Source of the DNA: Candidatus Sulfomarinibacteraceae bacterium
GTDB lineage: Bacteria > Acidobacteriota > Thermoanaerobaculia > Thermoanaerobaculales > Sulfomarinibacteraceae
DNA: 64,000 nucleotides
NCBI GenBank assembly: GCA_963796455.1
Contig: CAWCLO010000001.1
Coordinates: 832,001 to 896,000, forward strand
Direction of reading: 5' to 3'
The translations under genes were made by a program, and so were the position numbers. Below the pieces are notes generated by a model that was not told the origin of the DNA, ran no database searches, and saw only the letters and a program-made list of their open reading frames with translations. The first letter of the stretch is position 1. Every line of letters begins with the position of its first letter. Positions 1 through 10,152 of the stretch are shown here, piece after piece.

Positions 1-917
1 GCCGTGTGAGAGTCATCGCCGGTCTCGATCAGCATCCCGTGATTCTCGACTCGGAAGCATGGCCCGGCGAGAAAGATGCCGGGAGGCTTCTTGCCTCTCT
101 CCGCTCCCAGATGAATTGCACACCCGATGACGGTCTTGTTGTGGTCTGGGGCCCCGAAAGGGACACCCTGACCGCCGCCGATGAAATCCGTCTCCGCTAT
201 GTCGATGCCGTTGCAGGCGTACCGCTCGAGACCCGGCAGCCCTTTGTGGACGGCAGCACCGATTTCGAGCGAATCCTCCCCGGTCCGGATCGCATGTACC
301 CCGATACCGACAGCCCGCCGTTGCGGCTCACTCGCGAGAGAGTCGGAAGACTTTCCGAAACACTTCCGGAAGCACCGTGGTCACGGGAGGCGCGCTACGC
401 GGCGGCCGGTGTTCCGCGTCATCTCATCCACTACCTGATTCGCCGGGGCGGAGCTCGAATCGTCGACCTGGTCGTCAACGAATCCGACGCCGATCTCCGA
501 CGTGCCTGCTTTTTCTTTGGCGAGCGGATCAAAGGCCTGCGCCGCAGGGGGCTCCCGGTTGACGAGGTACCCGACCGGGCGTGGTGCGAGTTCTTCACAC
601 TGGTGACCCGGCAACCGGTGATCTGGGAGGCGTGGCGCGATCTCGTCGAATGGGTCCTGATCCACCCTGACCAAAGCCTCATCGAAGACGCCGCGACCGC
701 CGGTTTCGGGGCCCCCGACGGGGACTGGCGTGAAACGGTCATCGGTCTGACCGAAGGACGGAGCCCGGACCACGACGACGGCAGCCTCGATCAGCGTCAC
801 CGATTTCTGATGGGTCTGGTCATGGACGAGCTTCGCGGTCGTGTGAAGGCAACCGAGATCGCACCGATTCTCCGTGAGTTCGAGCCCGAGAACGAAATGA
901 GTGGGAGGAGACCATGA
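1..917 (+). CDS. gatE: Glu-tRNA(Gln) amidotransferase subunit E, C-terminal part (5' truncated by window edge)
   Basis: ETRQPFVDGSTDFERILPGPDRMYPDTDSPP matches the GatE ETR..DG.T.F.R.LPG..RMYP.TD.PP motif; tail LMGLVMDELRGR resembles the GatE/YqeY-like end; ATGA overlap with gatD. Confidence 0.85.
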   Translation, partial: RVRVIAGLDQHPVILDSEAWPGEKDAGRLLASLRSQMNCTPDDGLVVVWGPERDTLTAADEIRLRYVDAVAGVPLETRQPFVDGSTDFERILPGPDRMYPDTDSPPLRLTRERVGRLSETLPEAPWSREARYAAAGVPRHLIHYLIRRGGARIVDLVVNESDADLRRACFFFGERIKGLRRRGLPVDEVPDRAWCEFFTLVTRQPVIWEAWRDLVEWVLIHPDQSLIEDAATAGFGAPDGDWRETVIGLTEGRSPDHDDGSLDQRHRFLMGLVMDELRGRVKATEIAPILREFEPENEMSGRRP

Positions 918-2311
918 GCGAAACAGAACGAGATCCACTCAAAGGGTATCGGGGACGGGCCAGAGAACTGCTCGGCCGCCTCGGGGTCGAGGTCTGGTCT
1001 GACGTCCGCCTCGAGAATTCCGCCGGCAGCGTTTTCGAGGGCGTTATCCTCCCCAGGTCGGGGAATTTCGACGATCTCCACATCGTGCTCAAACTCAAGA
1101 CCGGCTACAACGTCGGCGTCCACGTCGACCGGGTCAGGTCGATCCAATCGCTCGGATACAAGGAAGCAATCTACAAGATCCCCGAACAGGAATTCCCCAG
1201 CCGCCCCGATCTTCCAAAGGTCACACTCCTCGGCACCGGCGGGACGATCGCGTCGAGGCTGGACTACCGAACCGGTGCGGTGATTCCGGCCTTCACCCCG
1301 GGCGAGCTTTACGGCGCCGTTCCCGAGCTTGCCGACATCTGCAACCTGACCACAAAAAAGATCTTTGGCGTCTTTTCCGAGAACATGGGGTGGTCGGAAT
1401 ATGTTGCCCTCGCCGAAAACATCGGCAGCGAGGTCGAAGCCGGAGCGGATGGCATCGTCATAGGTCACGGCACCGACACAATGGGTCACACGGCTGCAGT
1501 CCTGAGCTTCATGGTTCAACAGTCCCCGGTGCCGATCGTTCTGGTCGGAAGCCAACGATCCTCGGATCGACCTTCTTCGGATGCCGCACTCAATCTCATC
1601 CACGCAGTACGGTTTGCCGCCCTGGGCGACATTGCCGAAGTCCAGATCTGCATGTTCGGTCCGACCTCGGATCGCTACGGACTACTCCATCGCGGCACCC
1701 GATGCCGCAAAATGCATTCCTCCTATCGCAGCACCTTCCGAACCATCGGCGACATCCCCTTGTGCCGGGTCAGCAGCGACGATTTCACGATGCTGACTGA
1801 TGATTATCTTCGCCGGGACCCGACTCGGAAGATCCAAATCGACACCGCCTACGACGACCGGGTGACGATTCTCTACTACTACCCCGGCATGAAACCCGAT
1901 CTTGTCGATGCACTGGTCGAGAAGGGGTACCGGGGAATCGTCATCGCCGGCACCGGCCTCGGGCACGTCAACGGGCCGCTTTACCCCGCTCTCGAACGAG
2001 CCGTTGCGGCAGGAGTCCACATTGTCATGACGGTCCAGACCCTGTGGGGTTTCGCGCAGATGTACGTCTATGAGACCGGACGCGACCTGCTCGATATCGG
2101 CGTTGTTCCGCTCGAGAACATGCTGCCGGAAACAGCTCTCATGAAGCTCGGCTGGGTATTGGGACACACCGACGACCACGACCGGGTCCTCGAGATGATG
2201 CGCGAAGCCATCAGCCACGAGATCACCGAGCGGGAGCCCCACAACGGATACCTGATTCTCCAGGGCGGCCTTCCAGAGACCGAGGAGTTCACCTCGTCTC
2301 ACTGGAAATGA
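914..2311 (+). CDS. gatD: Glu-tRNA(Gln) amidotransferase subunit D (asparaginase-like)
   Basis: GatD-type N-terminal domain (VLKLKTGYNVGV), TGGTIASRLDYRTGAV, HGTDTM, SQRSSDRPSSD, RKMHSSYRSTF. Confidence 0.92.
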   Translation: MSETERDPLKGYRGRARELLGRLGVEVWSDVRLENSAGSVFEGVILPRSGNFDDLHIVLKLKTGYNVGVHVDRVRSIQSLGYKEAIYKIPEQEFPSRPDLPKVTLLGTGGTIASRLDYRTGAVIPAFTPGELYGAVPELADICNLTTKKIFGVFSENMGWSEYVALAENIGSEVEAGADGIVIGHGTDTMGHTAAVLSFMVQQSPVPIVLVGSQRSSDRPSSDAALNLIHAVRFAALGDIAEVQICMFGPTSDRYGLLHRGTRCRKMHSSYRSTFRTIGDIPLCRVSSDDFTMLTDDYLRRDPTRKIQIDTAYDDRVTILYYYPGMKPDLVDALVEKGYRGIVIAGTGLGHVNGPLYPALERAVAAGVHIVMTVQTLWGFAQMYVYETGRDLLDIGVVPLENMLPETALMKLGWVLGHTDDHDRVLEMMREAISHEITEREPHNGYLILQGGLPETEEFTSSHWK

Positions 2312-2321
2312 TCTTGACCAA

Positions 2322-3803
2322 TCAGTGCCGGAGGCGGACGTTCTGCGGGCTGGCTATAGAACAATTCGACCGCTCGAGGACATACTCTTCCCGAGCCAGA
2401 GCGAGATTCGAGGGCTCATAGAGCGGAAGATACACCCGTTCCTCATCAAGCTCCCGCAGAGCCTGCTGGAGTAGATCGAGCCGCAGCGCGTAGTGTGATT
2501 CGTGGGCGGCAGCTTCAATCAGCCCGTCCAATTTCGAATTCGAAAGCACCGCACCGTTAAACGCGCCCAATCCGCGTTCGGAATCGCGGCTGTGGACGAT
2601 GGTGTCGAGAAATGGTGAGGCATCGGCGACGCGAAAGGTCCACGAGAAGATCGAGAGTTGATTCGCAGATTCTCCGAGGCGGCGGTAAAAATCATCATAG
2701 GCAAGGGTTCGAGTCTCGATCGTGAATCCAAGATCTTCCAGTACATCGGCGAGAACCAGTGCCACATCCGAATATGCGGCATGGAACACGATCTCGAGCA
2801 CCGTGCCCGCCGGCAGTTGAGCCTCTTGAAGCAGCGCCCGCGCCTCTTCGATGTCGGAGCCCCGGTGCCTTAGTTCGGGACTGAATCCGAAAATTTCCGG
2901 TGGGATCACCGACCAGGCGGCCCGCGCCGTACCTTCGGGAAAAACTTCGGCCACAAGCGACGAACGGTCGATTGCGAGATCGATGGCGCGGCGAACTCTT
3001 TGATTGGCAAGTGGTCCGCTGGAGACATTCAGCGCGAGGAAGGTGGTCGTGACAGCCGGACTGGCAACGAGTTGCCACCCTTCCTTGAGCGGGTGTTCTC
3101 TGACGTGACCCACCGTCACCGAGGTGGCGACGTCGATACCATCTTCTTGCAGAAGGCGGACCAACTCTTCTGAGCTCGTTGCGAACTGCAGACTGACCTC
3201 CTCGAAATCCGGTCGTGTGTTCCAATAGCGCGCCCAACTGCGGAGGGTGATCGGTCCGCTGAGCGACCCAATCTCCCACCGATAGGGCCCGGTACCAACT
3301 GGTCGTCCGGGATCAAAATCCCGGGGAACGATCGCCACCGCTTCGAGCTGAGTCAACAACAGTGGCGAAGGACGAATGGTGGCGATTTCAATCATTCCAT
3401 CGTCGAACTCATCCACCCGCACATGCTCGATGTCGGCCAATTGGTGGCCAACGAACTGACTCTGGCAAGCCCGTTTGATGGACGCGACCACGTCCTCCGC
3501 CATCAGCTCCCGACCATCGTGAAAGAAAACCCCGCTCCGAATGTGAAGCCTCCAGGTGAGGTGGTCGGGATTGTCCCAACGGTCGGCCAGCCACGGCCGG
3601 ATCGGACGCCCGGGATCAAAGCGCACCAGCCCTTCATAAACGGACGAAAGAACTGCTCGGGAGACGCTGTCGGAGTGGGCATGGGGATCCATCGTCACGA
3701 TCTCATAAGGAAACGCCATTCGAAGCCGTGTCGGGCTTTCGGTCTCTTGTGGACAACCGTAGGCGGCCACAAGAGCCATGGTAAGAAGGATCCGCATTCT
3801 CAT
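2322..3803 (-). CDS. ABC transporter substrate-binding lipoprotein, family 5 (peptide/nickel type)
   Basis: Lipobox-like AAYGC; TMDPH, VYEGLV, GVFFHDG, PVGTGPY, VRRAIDLAIDR. Confidence 0.85.
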   Translation of the reverse strand: MRMRILLTMALVAAYGCPQETESPTRLRMAFPYEIVTMDPHAHSDSVSRAVLSSVYEGLVRFDPGRPIRPWLADRWDNPDHLTWRLHIRSGVFFHDGRELMAEDVVASIKRACQSQFVGHQLADIEHVRVDEFDDGMIEIATIRPSPLLLTQLEAVAIVPRDFDPGRPVGTGPYRWEIGSLSGPITLRSWARYWNTRPDFEEVSLQFATSSEELVRLLQEDGIDVATSVTVGHVREHPLKEGWQLVASPAVTTTFLALNVSSGPLANQRVRRAIDLAIDRSSLVAEVFPEGTARAAWSVIPPEIFGFSPELRHRGSDIEEARALLQEAQLPAGTVLEIVFHAAYSDVALVLADVLEDLGFTIETRTLAYDDFYRRLGESANQLSIFSWTFRVADASPFLDTIVHSRDSERGLGAFNGAVLSNSKLDGLIEAAAHESHYALRLDLLQQALRELDEERVYLPLYEPSNLALAREEYVLERSNCSIASPQNVRLRH

Positions 3804-3896
3804 GTGACCGGCATTTTAACCCGGTCTTCTCATCGATGTCAGTGATTCTGATCTCGATCGCATTGAAGCGTCCGATGGACCCGCCGCGGCTCGATC

Positions 3897-4679
3897 TCAG
3901 AGTTGAGAAATCTCGTCACGTACCGGATTCGTCAACGAGCCAAGACCGTCGATTTCGACGGTGACCTCGTTGCCCGGCAACAAGGGACCAACCCCCGACG
4001 GGGTTCCAGTCATGACCACGTCTCCGGGCTCGAGAGTCATCACTTGGGTGATGTAACTGATGATAAACGAGGGGCTGAAGACCATCTGATCGGTACAGCC
4101 GTTCTGCCGAAGGCGGCCATCGACCAGGCAGCGCACACCCAGCGAAGCAACCTCTTCCTCGCCGAGACCACAGGTGATCCACGGACCGAGGGGACAGAAT
4201 GTGTCAAAGCCCTTGCCGCGGGTGAATTGGTGGTCGCTTCGCTGCAGGTCACGAGCCGAGACGTCGTTGCCGCAGGTGACCCCGAGGACATTTTCCCAGG
4301 CCCCGGCCTCGCTCACATTGTGGCATCTGCGGCCGATCACCAGCGCCAATTCCGCCTCGTGATCCACGTGCTCGGAAAGCCGCGGCAGCACGATCGTTGC
4401 ACCCGGCGCTAGGAGCGAAGATGGTGGTTTGAAAAAGAGCAGAGGCTCGCTCGGAACCTCCTCCCCTCTTTCGGCAGCGTGGGCGACATAGTTGCGACCC
4501 ACGCAGATGATCTTGCTGGGTCGAATCGGTACATCGAGTACAAGTTCGTCGAGTCTGCCAAGAGACTCGCCGCAATCATGTGGCGATGAAAACGGCCCAT
4601 CTCGCAACAAGAGCACTTCACCGTCAAGGATCGATCCCCATTTCGGTCCCTCACCGGTCACAACGCGCACGATTCGCAT
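3897..4679 (-). CDS. Fumarylacetoacetate hydrolase family protein
   Basis: KIICVGRNY, DHEAELALVIG, NDVSARD, KGFDTFCPLGP, GDVVMTGTPSGVG. Confidence 0.92.
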   Translation of the reverse strand: MRIVRVVTGEGPKWGSILDGEVLLLRDGPFSSPHDCGESLGRLDELVLDVPIRPSKIICVGRNYVAHAAERGEEVPSEPLLFFKPPSSLLAPGATIVLPRLSEHVDHEAELALVIGRRCHNVSEAGAWENVLGVTCGNDVSARDLQRSDHQFTRGKGFDTFCPLGPWITCGLGEEEVASLGVRCLVDGRLRQNGCTDQMVFSPSFIISYITQVMTLEPGDVVMTGTPSGVGPLLPGNEVTVEIDGLGSLTNPVRDEISQL

Positions 4680-4778
4680 CGAGATATTCCTCCTCAGGTG
4701 ATTCTGCTACGAATTCAGATTTTGAGGGTGGACACGGCCTTGCTGGATAGGACAACGCAGCCTGATTCTCGATTCGCT

Positions 4779-7700
4779 TTATCCGAAGACCTGGTTTGCT
4801 TTTCCGATCCTCAACATCTCCTTCGTTCTCTCCGCAACGTCAACGACCTCCGGATCACTGTCCTCGAGCGCATCATTCAGGACATCTCGGGCAGGCCCCT
4901 TGTTTTCGAAGAGTATCAGCGCGCGAACCGCATTGCGCCGTACTCTCGGATCGATGTTACGGCTGAATTGCTCAATAAGTTCGAAGGCCTCGCCCTCGGC
5001 GATTTTGCCGCTGCTGATCAATTCGATCAGCACAGAGCTGGCTGCCTCCACATTCCTCCCCTCGCCGCTCTCGAGAGCGGCGATCAGAAGATCCTTGCCG
5101 GTCTTTTCCACACCATAAAAAAGCGCAAGGGCAGTGATGTGACGCACCGTTTCCGAATTGTCGTTGAGCGCATCCGCAAAACGAGGATCGGTGTCCGCGC
5201 CGATTCGAACCAGGATCCCCAGAAGATCCTCGAGGCGTTTGCTGTGGAGCCCCTGCTTCGCCCGCTGCAGAATCCGATCATTGAGAGCGACGGTGCCGAA
5301 GGTCCCAACACAATTCACCGCGTTCGCGTAGCGCGAACTGAAGCCCTCACTGGCCGCCTTGCCCGGCTCGTACTCGGGCGGCGCAATGCGCTCGGTGTCC
5401 ACCGCTAGATCGACGAAGTCCGGGAAATGACCCTCGCCGCATTCGGCCAGACCGACCGACGGTCTGTTCTGGTAGGCGTGGGCGGTGCCCCGGGTGAGCA
5501 TCATCCCCCTGCCCTGGACCTTGATCGCCAGTTCTTTCTGGTGTCTGTTGAATTCGGGACCACCACCCGGTGAGCGGAGACTCATCATCGCGAGGAGGAT
5601 CACGATGACGGCTGCAGCCGCCCCAGCCGCTTTCAACCCGATATTTCGGGTCGCGCTCTCGATGATCTGTTTGGCCGGCGCCACCCTCTCTTCGCGCTGC
5701 CTTTTCTCCGCCAACTGTTGGGTTCGTTCGCGCTCCTCGGTGCGGCTCTCGGCTCGGAATCGAACCAGCTTCTCGAGTTCCCGTTCGACCCGATCCGGAG
5801 CGAGCCAGCCATAACCTCGCCTCTCGAGATCGGTCAACAGTGCCTTGAGCTGATCTTCGGTCCATTTCGGAACCGGGGCGTTCGTGTTTTCACCTTCGCG
5901 TTGGCGAATAAAGACTTTCAGAAAGGGCAGAACTCGGTCGTCCCACGATCCGCGTTCGGGCAACTCCGGCTCCCAATCCAGGAACCACAGCCGCAGGCTC
6001 GAGTCGCTGCCGGCGGACAAGGCACCACCGCCGTCTCGGGCGATCGAAATATCCGCAATCGGACCTGCATGGCCTTCAACCACCCACACCGCGGAACCGG
6101 TCCTGGCATCCCACAGACGGATCGTGGAGTCCTTTCCCGCGGACAAGAGGAAGCGCGCGTCGGGACTGAAGGCAATCGCAAGCACGGGGCCATCATGCCC
6201 CGTCAGAACCCTCCAACACCGACCACCCTCGAGATCCCACAGGCGAACTGTTCCATCCTCTCCAGAGGATGCCGTGAGGCGACAATCCGGACTGACGGCC
6301 ACCGCATGGACCGAACCTTCGTGGCCCTCCATTCGGCGGAGCTCGGCACGCCTGCGAAGACTCCATACGGTCACCAGGCTGTTCCATCCACCACGAACGA
6401 GGTATTGCCCGTCCGCACTCGCCGCGATCGCAGACACTCCCTCCTGGCTGCTGCCCAAAAGCTCGGGCAGCAAAGAATCATCGAGTGGCCAAAGGCGCAC
6501 GGTTCCATCGTCGCCGGCCGAGATCACCGCACGTCCGTCCGGCGTGAAAACGACCGCCTGTACCGTTCCTTCGTGGCCATCAAAGCTATGGGTCTTCTTG
6601 CCGTCGGACAACTGGCCTACTCGAACCGTGTGATCGCGGCCCGCCGAGGCAAAATGCTGTCCGTCCGCACTGACTGCGACAGAAGTGACGCCCTGTTTGT
6701 GGGCATCCACGACGATCCTCTCGGCCCCGGACACGGCGTCAAAGATCCGGATGGTGCCATCACCACAACCGGCGACGCAGCCGGCGCCATCGACCGTCAA
6801 CGCACAGGCGGTCATGGGAACTTGACCGCTGCCAAAACGACGAAGCTCGACCACCGATCGCGGCGCCTCTTTCGGAAAGAAAGCCAGCACCCTGTTCCAC
6901 AGCTTGAGAGCCTCCTCGTGAAGCTCGTAGCCTCGCACTTCACGCGCCCTACGCAACGGCACGATCGCACTTTCGGCACGGCCGTTTTCGATCAGACCGC
7001 GGGCTTCTTCGAGGAAAGCCTGAAATTCCGTTTCGCGACCTGCGAGCTCTCCCGACGCGGCGGTGTCCGCAAGCACCAGCGGCAATCTGGAGGCACGTGG
7101 CTCTGGCATAGCGATCCGGCAAACTGATGATCCAAAGGCGGCCAGCAGCTCGTTCCCATCAGCGTCGGCAACTAGATCCTGAATCGGATTTGCAAGCCGG
7201 ATGACTCTCTGGGCCTCACCGCTTTCAAAGTCCCAGATTCGAATCGTGCCATCTTCGCCACCGGATGCGATCGATGAACCGATCATCGTCACGGCGGTCA
7301 CTGCTCCGCGCAGACCCCGCAGATAGCGGATATTCTCACCGGTCTTCAGGTCCCAGATCCCGACAGCTCCATCCTGGCCGCCGGAGACCGCCCAGTCACC
7401 AGTGGGATGCAATGCCAGGGCGCGTACCGGTCCTCGATGACCCTCGAGAACATGGACGCACCGACCCTGATCGAGGTTCCACACTCTGATTGAGCCGTCA
7501 GCACTGGCGGTACAGATCGATGCTTCGTTCGGATGAAAGGCAATGGCGCTGACGAATGCCTCGTGTCCTTCCAGCGTGCGTTCACACTCACCGCTCTCCA
7601 GATTCCACAGCCGGAGGCAACGGTCGGAGCCTCCACTCGCGATGACTTTGCCATCGGGTGAGGCTTCGACGCAGGTCGCGACTCCAGGGTGGGTCCTGAG

Positions 7701-9989
7701 GTTTCTCAGACGTTGCCCGTTGCCGAGATCAAAAAGCGTCAACGGGCCGTCTTCGATACAGGCGATCAAGGTGTCGTCCACCACGGTCATCGACCGACCC
7801 GGACGGGCCGACCCGCCGAGCTTGATTCGGTGGACCGCTTCATCGCTGGAGCGGTCCCAGACCACGGCATTCGAGTCGGCGCTTCGAACGACCGTCCAGC
7901 CTCCAGCCAGAGTCCGGATGGCCTGCACCGGAGCGGAGTGATTCATGACCTGTTCGATCCGGTGGCCCGGGAGATGGGCGGCCGCCGCGTCGTTCAAATC
8001 ATCGGGAAGATCCCGATCGATCGACTGCGCCGCCTCGAAGGCCTTTGATGCCACCTCTTCATCGCCGAGCCGCGAACAGCACTCGGCAAAACCAAGCAGA
8101 GCGGGCAGGTCCGACGGGCTTTCAACAACGACTGTCCGGATCAGTTCGCGGGCCTGGCTCAACTCTTTGCGCGAGCTGGTCGTTCGAGCAGAAGCGAGGA
8201 GGGCGAAACCCTTTTCCCTCCGTCCTGCAAGGGATTTGACCTCGGCCCGGCTCAGAGAGTCGACTGCGGCAAGCGCTCCCGACGGATCATCCAACAGCAA
8301 CCGGAGCCGAGCACGAAGGAGACCGGCCCGGGTCGCTCCGCCGGATGCTCGTTCTGCCTCGGACAGGCGCCGCTCGAGCTCGGCATCGGTGAGACCTTCC
8401 CGGCGCCATTCGAGGAGCCCGCTGTTAAAGGTGGCCTCGATGTGCCTGGGGTCGATTTCGAGCGCCTCGTGGAAACTCGCTTCAGCTCTTTCGGCGAGAC
8501 CCAGGGTGACGTATGAAGCGCCCCGGTTGTTGAGCGAATCGGCAAGGAGCTGCGTCCGCTTCGGCTCCGGTCGGGGATAGGGACGATCGGTCGCCTGTTC
8601 GTAGATCTCCACCAACCATCCCCGCAACAGGGCGAAGGAATGGGGTCTCCGACCGACATCTTTTGCGATACACGAACGAAGGAGCGCGGCCAACCGGGGC
8701 TCCAGGGAATCGTTGAAGGTTCGCGGATCAGGTGGATCTTCTCGCAGGTGCATCCTCATCCAGCCGCTGAGATGGGCCTCTCGGGTCCGCGAGACCGAAC
8801 TCGAACCCATCACGAAGGGCCGCCGACCGCAGAAGATCTCGTACAGCATGCAGCCATACGCATAGATATCAGTGGCGGTCGTGCCGCGCAGAGCCTGACG
8901 CCACAACTCGGGTGCCATATACGGAGGCGTGCCCACGAGACCACCCTCGATGGTCACGGTCTGCCAAGAACCGCTGACCACGCTGTCGCCGCTTCGACCT
9001 CCAAGAACGGGAGGAGACTTCATCTGCGACCGGAGACCACCCTCGCCCTCGTTTTCGATCCCCTCTGCGCGCACCAGACCAAAGTCGGTGACCCGCGCGA
9101 TTCCTTCCCTCGTGACCAGAACATTTGCCGGTTTGATGTCTCGGTGGACCAGACCCTGGTGTTCATTTCCGTCAGAATCGGTCCACGGAAAACTGTGGGT
9201 GTAGTCGAGACCGCTCGCAATCTGGATCGCAATATCAAGACGTTTCGGAAGATCGATTTCGGTTTCCCGTTTCAACCACTCGTTGAGGTCACCACCGTCG
9301 ACGTATTCGATAAACAACCTCGGCATACCGCCGATGTTCTGCAGGTAATAGGCGCAACATATGTTCGGATGGACACCGAGAGCGATCCACGATTCCGCCT
9401 CGCGTTGGAATCGTGCGCTGCCGTCGGCGGAAGCGAGGACCGAAGGAAGTGGGGTCTTGACCGCAACCATCCGTCTGAGCTCGCGGTCAAAGGCAATGGC
9501 CACCACCGCCATCCCACCACGTGCCAGGGCGCGAACCTCGTATCGCCCGTCGACAACGGTCCCTTCCTGCCAGCCCCGCCGCGCTTCGGGAATTCCCATC
9601 GTCCCGTAGCTGGCAGCCGATCCTTCAGCGGACTCGACGCGTTGGGTCACGCCCGACACGGCGGCTCGCGCGATTTCCGTGGCTACCGGTGAGGGGGACA
9701 ATTCGTGGGAGACCGTGTGGGCTTTGTCGAGTTCATCCAGGGTCCGCTGACGCCAGCCCTGAGCGGTCGTCGAAGAAGGATCCAATTTGAGGCAGGTGTC
9801 GAAGGCGCTGACCGCTTCGTCATATCGACCGAGATGAAAGAGGCAATAGCCCTGATTGAGCCATGAACGGCTGTGTTCCGGGAAGCGGTCACACCAGATC
9901 TCCAGCTTGGCCAGTGCTTCTTGCCAGCGCTCCGCGGAGAGCGCGGCGACGATCCCGCGCTTCAGCTCGTCGTTCCCGTGTTCATTCAC
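4779..9989 (-). CDS. Ser/Thr protein kinase with TPRs, two WD40 blocks, one TM helix and C-terminal HEAT-like repeats (1736 aa)
   Basis: Hanks motifs VAVK, HRDIKPAN, DFG, GTPPYMAPE; many GH...WD/WN repeats; hydrophobic AAAAVIVILLAMM; DPRVRRNAVRAL and DSDPEVV HEAT-like repeats. Confidence 0.88.
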   Translation of the reverse strand: MNEHGNDELKRGIVAALSAERWQEALAKLEIWCDRFPEHSRSWLNQGYCLFHLGRYDEAVSAFDTCLKLDPSSTTAQGWRQRTLDELDKAHTVSHELSPSPVATEIARAAVSGVTQRVESAEGSAASYGTMGIPEARRGWQEGTVVDGRYEVRALARGGMAVVAIAFDRELRRMVAVKTPLPSVLASADGSARFQREAESWIALGVHPNICCAYYLQNIGGMPRLFIEYVDGGDLNEWLKRETEIDLPKRLDIAIQIASGLDYTHSFPWTDSDGNEHQGLVHRDIKPANVLVTREGIARVTDFGLVRAEGIENEGEGGLRSQMKSPPVLGGRSGDSVVSGSWQTVTIEGGLVGTPPYMAPELWRQALRGTTATDIYAYGCMLYEIFCGRRPFVMGSSSVSRTREAHLSGWMRMHLREDPPDPRTFNDSLEPRLAALLRSCIAKDVGRRPHSFALLRGWLVEIYEQATDRPYPRPEPKRTQLLADSLNNRGASYVTLGLAERAEASFHEALEIDPRHIEATFNSGLLEWRREGLTDAELERRLSEAERASGGATRAGLLRARLRLLLDDPSGALAAVDSLSRAEVKSLAGRREKGFALLASARTTSSRKELSQARELIRTVVVESPSDLPALLGFAECCSRLGDEEVASKAFEAAQSIDRDLPDDLNDAAAAHLPGHRIEQVMNHSAPVQAIRTLAGGWTVVRSADSNAVVWDRSSDEAVHRIKLGGSARPGRSMTVVDDTLIACIEDGPLTLFDLGNGQRLRNLRTHPGVATCVEASPDGKVIASGGSDRCLRLWNLESGECERTLEGHEAFVSAIAFHPNEASICTASADGSIRVWNLDQGRCVHVLEGHRGPVRALALHPTGDWAVSGGQDGAVGIWDLKTGENIRYLRGLRGAVTAVTMIGSSIASGGEDGTIRIWDFESGEAQRVIRLANPIQDLVADADGNELLAAFGSSVCRIAMPEPRASRLPLVLADTAASGELAGRETEFQAFLEEARGLIENGRAESAIVPLRRAREVRGYELHEEALKLWNRVLAFFPKEAPRSVVELRRFGSGQVPMTACALTVDGAGCVAGCGDGTIRIFDAVSGAERIVVDAHKQGVTSVAVSADGQHFASAGRDHTVRVGQLSDGKKTHSFDGHEGTVQAVVFTPDGRAVISAGDDGTVRLWPLDDSLLPELLGSSQEGVSAIAASADGQYLVRGGWNSLVTVWSLRRRAELRRMEGHEGSVHAVAVSPDCRLTASSGEDGTVRLWDLEGGRCWRVLTGHDGPVLAIAFSPDARFLLSAGKDSTIRLWDARTGSAVWVVEGHAGPIADISIARDGGGALSAGSDSSLRLWFLDWEPELPERGSWDDRVLPFLKVFIRQREGENTNAPVPKWTEDQLKALLTDLERRGYGWLAPDRVERELEKLVRFRAESRTEERERTQQLAEKRQREERVAPAKQIIESATRNIGLKAAGAAAAVIVILLAMMSLRSPGGGPEFNRHQKELAIKVQGRGMMLTRGTAHAYQNRPSVGLAECGEGHFPDFVDLAVDTERIAPPEYEPGKAASEGFSSRYANAVNCVGTFGTVALNDRILQRAKQGLHSKRLEDLLGILVRIGADTDPRFADALNDNSETVRHITALALFYGVEKTGKDLLIAALESGEGRNVEAASSVLIELISSGKIAEGEAFELIEQFSRNIDPRVRRNAVRALILFENKGPARDVLNDALEDSDPEVVDVAERTKEMLRIGKANQVFG

Positions 9990-10152
9990 CCTTCAAGGAT
10001 AACCCGACAATTGCGGGTGTGACTCCATCGGACCGGGTATCTGTACCGGTCCGGATCCGGTCGCGGCAGATCCGGGACCGAGTCGGTCGACCGGGCATCA
10101 CGCCGAACAGCTGGTATTCTCCGTTCAGAATCTCGTCGGAGGGCCTGGAGAC

